Origin: Eledone cirrhosa
Lineage: Eukaryota
Length of the DNA stretch: 64,000 nucleotides
NCBI GenBank assembly: GCA_964016885.1
Contig: OZ024741.1
Coordinates: 275,528,001-275,592,000 of the forward strand
Reading direction: 5' to 3'
Position 1 is the stretch's first letter. Every line of letters starts with the position of its first letter. Made by a program: the position numbers and the translations under genes. Under the pieces are notes generated by a model. The model was not told the origin of the DNA. It ran no database searches and saw only the letters and a program-made list of their open reading frames with translations. This document shows, piece by piece, positions 57,033-64,000 of this stretch.

Positions 57033-58142
57033 ATAGTCAGCAAGGTTAGAATTAACAACGAATATAGTGAAGAGTTTAGCTCTGTTCTTAGCTCCCTACT
57101 ATTTATTATTGCCCTTCAGGCTATAACAGAGGAGTTCAAGACCGGCTGCCCATGGGAACTCCTATACGCAGATGATCTAACGCTCATAGCTGAATCAATG
57201 ACCGAACTAGAGAAGAAATTCCAAACATGGAAGCACGGCCTAGAATCAAAAGGCCTTAAAATTAACCTGGCTAAGACTAAAGTTCTAGTTTGTAGGAAAG
57301 AAAACAAGGCGGCGGTCCCTTCCGGGAAATGGCCATGCTCAGTGTGTAGGAAAGGCGTAGGTAGAAACTCCATTTTATGTCCCAAATGCAAAGTATGGGT
57401 GCATAAAAGATGTAGTGGGATCACAGGTAAGCTAACTAAGAACATAGATTTTACATGTGGCCGGTGCTCTGGTGCAATAAGTAGCAGCAAGTGCCCACAA
57501 AATACTAGCTCTTTTAATTGCGCAGAGGGTTCTATAGAAATAGTGAACAGCTTCCGTTACCTGGGTGACAATCAGCAGTGGGGGAGGGTGCTCTGAAAGT
57601 ACAGTAGCTAGAGTCAGAACTGGATGGAAAAAGTTCAGAGAGCTTATACCACTATTAGCCGCTAAAGGGTTCTCCCTAAAAATGAAAGGCAGGTTATACG
57701 ATGCCTGCATACGAACAGCAATGCTGCATGGCAGTGAGACCTGGGCATTGTGTGCAGAGGATATACGCAGACTAGAAAGAAACGAAGCTTGCATGCTCCG
57801 CTGGATGTGCAATAGTAATATACGTGAACGGCTAAGCATAAACGAACTAAGGAAAAAATTAGAAATAAGAGGGATCAGATGTTGTTTACTCGAGAGAAGG
57901 CTACGTTGATACGGTCACGTGATGCGCATGAAAGACGACAGCTGTATAACAAAGTGCAGGGCAATAAAGATAGACGGTAGCCACGGAGTAGGCAGACCCA
58001 GACAAACCTGGGACGACATGATAAATTCCGACCTCACACGCTTACACCTCTCCAAGACAATGTCACTGGACCGAGACCTTTGGCGGTACTCAGTAATAGA
58101 GAAGACCCGCCTTACCTAAATACAAAGTAAAACCTACTACAG
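57033..58142 (+). mobile_element. RTE family A LINE fragment (RT YADD to C-terminus), frameshift and stop
   Basis: [39 protein letters not shown]. Runs into the gap. Confidence 0.93.
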
Positions 58143-58342
58143 NNNNNNNNNNNNNNNNNNNNNNNNNNNNNNNNNNNNNNNNNNNNNNNNNNNNNNNNNN
58201 NNNNNNNNNNNNNNNNNNNNNNNNNNNNNNNNNNNNNNNNNNNNNNNNNNNNNNNNNNNNNNNNNNNNNNNNNNNNNNNNNNNNNNNNNNNNNNNNNNNN
58301 NNNNNNNNNNNNNNNNNNNNNNNNNNNNNNNNNNNNNNNNNN
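58143..58342. other. Assembly gap (200 N)
   Basis: Run of n. Confidence 1.
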
Positions 58343-58351
58343 GGAATCCCC

Positions 58352-58396
58352 AGTCACTGAAGAGGTCACAGAGTGTGTGACGAAAGGACTATGACT
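58352..58396 (+). ncRNA. Type I minimal hammerhead ribozyme in a probable PLE 3' end (58343-58559)
   Basis: AGUCA-CUGAAGA-G GUCACA gagug UGUGAC-GAA-AG ga CU-A^UGACU. Segment ends TGACCCTCCCAAAGTATAACAA|(TA)n, like ~54797-54816. Confidence 0.8.
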
Positions 58397-58558
58397 ATAT
58401 ATAAGCAACTATCTGGTTGTGGAACCAACCAACCAACCAGAAATTTATAAGTTTGTAAATTTGTAAATTTATAAATTTATAAATATATAATAAATTGAAG
58501 TGAAAGCAACTGGTGCGTGTGTTTCTTATTGGCAACATGACCCTCCCAAAGTATAACA

Positions 58559-58559
<1 letters not shown>

Positions 58560-58592
<33 letters not shown>

Positions 58593-58611
58593 GTATATAT
58601 ATATGTATATA

Positions 58612-58654
<43 letters not shown>

Positions 58655-58667
58655 GTATATATATATG

Positions 58668-58700
<33 letters not shown>

Positions 58701-58815
58701 GTATATATATATATATATGTATATATATATGTATATATATATATATATATATGTGTATATATGTATATATATATCTATATATGTATATATATATGTATAT
58801 ATGTATATATATATG

Positions 58816-58846
<31 letters not shown>

Positions 58847-59244
58847 GTATATATGTATATATATATGTATATATGTATATATATATGTATATGTATATAT
58901 ATATGTATATGTATATGTATATATATATGTATATGTATATATGTATATATATATGTATATATATATATATGTATATATATATATGTATATATATATGTAT
59001 ATATATATATATACATATATATATATACATATATATATACATATATATATATATATACATATATATATACATATATATATATATATACATATATATATAC
59101 ATATATATATACATATATATATACATATATATATATACATATATATATACATATATATATACATATATATATATACATATATATATACATATATATATAT
59201 ATACATATATATATACATATATATATATATACATATATATATAC

Positions 59245-59301
<57 letters not shown>

Positions 59302-59342
59302 CATATATATATACATATATATATATATACATATATATATAC

Positions 59343-59400
<58 letters not shown>

Positions 59401-59401
59401 G

Positions 59402-59452
<51 letters not shown>

Positions 59453-59483
59453 GTATATATATATATATATGTATATATATATG

Positions 59484-59530
<47 letters not shown>

Positions 59531-59531
59531 G

Positions 59532-59564
<33 letters not shown>

Positions 59565-59628
59565 GTATATATATGTATATATATATATATATATGTATAT
59601 GTATATATATGTATATATATATATATGT
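58560..59628. repeat. (TA)n microsatellite
   Basis: Seen directly. Confidence 0.95.
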
Positions 59629-61187
59629 ACAATATATTTAGAAACACACAGATACATGCGGACACACACATATATACATGAATGCATCCGCACCCAACTG
59701 TGAGTTAAGGGTGCCAACTTCACCGATGTTGCTCAATGAGTGACCGGGACAGACCAATTCAGTTGAACTAGACTGAACCAGTATCAGAGTTAAAAATACA
59801 TTATGAAGAGAGAAGAAACATTTAGATATAATTAGTAATAAAATGTATCATACCTAAACTGCTCCTAAATTCCTCGACTACGTAGTTTCGTGGCATAAAC
59901 AAAAACAATATATCATAAAGATATAGAGTCCCTGCGAGGTCTGCCGACTTATCAAGAGGATACCTCATTTTACTAGTCTCAAGAACGCGTCTACACGACG
60001 TGAGAAAGAATCCCAAAAGGCGGAGGGGGAGATAGTCACGCGCTATAACGGTCGAGAAACAGAGCTAAGCCTCTTATAACCACGAAGAAAATACCACGGA
60101 GGCGGAGGGGGTATTCATATCGAGGCCGCAGAAGAGGTGGTGAAGAAGGCGAGAAGTATGAGTAATGGAAGCTTTCCAGTTGTCCCCACACTTCAAAGAT
60201 TGCTCGACCAGAGGGAGTTATTAACAATATATTTAGAAGCACACAGATACATGCGGACACACACATATATACATGAATGCATCCGCACCCAACTGTGAGT
60301 TAAGGGTGCCAACTTCACCGATGTTGCTCAATGAATGACCGGGACAGACCAATTCAGTTGAACTCCGCCTTTTGGGATTCTTTCTCACGTCGTGTAGACG
60401 CGTTCTTGAGACTAGTAAAATGAGGTATCCTCTTGATAAGTCGGCAGACCTCGCAGGGACTCTATATCTTTATGATATATTGTTTTTGTTTATGCCACGA
60501 AACTACGTAGTCGAGGAATTTAGGAGCAGTTTAGGTATGATACATTTTATTACTAATTATATCTAAATGTTTCTTCTCTCTTCATAATGTATTTTTAACT
60601 CTGATACTGGTTCAGTCTAGTTCAACTGAATTGGTCTGTCCCGGTCATTCATTGAGCAACATCGGTGAAGTTGGCACCCTTAACTCACAGTTGGGTGCGG
60701 ATGCATTCATGTATATATGTGTGTGTCCGCATGTATCTGTGTGTTTCTAAATATATTGTTAATAACTCCCTCTGGTCGAGCAATCTTTGAAGTGTGGGGA
60801 CAACTGGAAAGCTTCCATTACTCATACTTCTAGCCTTCTTCACCACCTCTTCTGCGGCCTCGATATGAATACCCCCTCCGCCTCCGTGGTATTTTCTTCG
60901 TGGTTATAAGAGGCTTAGCTCTGTTTCTCGACCGTTATATCGCGTGACTATCTCCCCCTCCGCCTTTTGGGATTCTTTCTCACGTCGTGTAGACGCGTTC
61001 TTGAGACTAGTAAAATGAGGTATCCTCTTGATAAGTCGGCAGACCTCGCAGGGACTCTATATCTTTATGATATATTGTTTTTGTTTATGCCACGAAACTA
61101 CGTAGTCGAGGAATTTAGGAGCAGTTTAGGTATGATACATTTTATTACTAATTATATCTAAATGTTTCTTCTCTCTTCATAATGTAT
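59629..61187. mobile_element. Retrozyme-like element, 595-bp unit, head-to-head inverted: ~1.2 units minus (59629-60364) + ~1.4 units plus (60363-61187)
   Basis: 595-bp period (59629/60224; 60372/60967). Strand flip at ...gttgaaCTccgcc... Three HHR copies. (TA)n flanks. Confidence 0.83.
60428..60517 (+). ncRNA. Variant (U3-A8) type I hammerhead ribozyme with enlarged stem II (copies 61023-61112 plus, 59871-59960 minus)
   Basis: UCCUC-UUGAUAA-GU c GGCA...UGCC AC-GAA-ACUACGUAGU-C^GAGGA: stem I UCCUC/GAGGA, palindromic stem III, GUC triplet, compensatory C3G8 to U3A8 change. Confidence 0.78.
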
Positions 61188-61198
61188 ATATATATATG

Positions 61199-61310
<112 letters not shown>

Positions 61311-61469
61311 TATGTATGTATATATATTTATATATGTATATATATATATGTATATGTATATATATGTATAATATATATATATATATGTGTGTATGTATAT
61401 ATATTTATATATGTATATATATATATTTATATATGTATATATATATATATATGTATATGTATATATATG

Positions 61470-61548
<79 letters not shown>

Positions 61549-61560
61549 GTATATATATAT

Positions 61561-61673
61561 AGAGGAGACTGAGGTTGGCTGGACATGCTCACCGACATCC
61601 AGAGTTGACATTGCACTCAGTGCTCCTTTGGGAGCCCCTACATGGACACACTAGAAGAGGAAGACCAAGGTTA

Positions 61674-61676
<3 letters not shown>
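61561..61676 (+). mobile_element. RTE-like family C fragment
   Basis: [39 protein letters not shown], overlapping homology with 28818-28900. Confidence 0.8.

Positions 61677-64000
<2,324 letters not shown>

Overview
Repeat-saturated eukaryotic (animal) DNA with no recognisable host gene. The tRNA-derived SINE, RTE tails and extreme (TA)n content resemble a mollusc/cephalopod genome, which is an inference. Bases 1-20160 are a 24-bp G-rich minisatellite with higher-order structure. The rest is a (TA)n matrix studded with decayed RTE and CR1/L2-like LINEs, a DD37D (maT) transposon relic, SINEs and Penelope-like elements (PLEs). The main finding, read by eye from the sequence, is four different non-coding tandem repeat families (480, 485, 525 and 595-bp units), each carrying one type-I hammerhead ribozyme (HHR) per unit, i.e. 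retrozyme-like elements. All four sit in (TA)n. Three are head-to-head inverted arrays: both 3' ends face outward into (TA)n at different unit positions, and the 5' ends are fused by 2-3 bp microhomology. Those three also share an enlarged HHR stem II, a 10-nt palindromic stem III and a 15-nt motif (CAUUGARCMACAUYG) 80-140 nt downstream of the cleavage site. HHR-bearing PLEs, the likely mobilisers, lie in the same window. All long V/Y/I-rich ORFs are repeat artefacts. Ribozyme folds are manual, not computed or tested.
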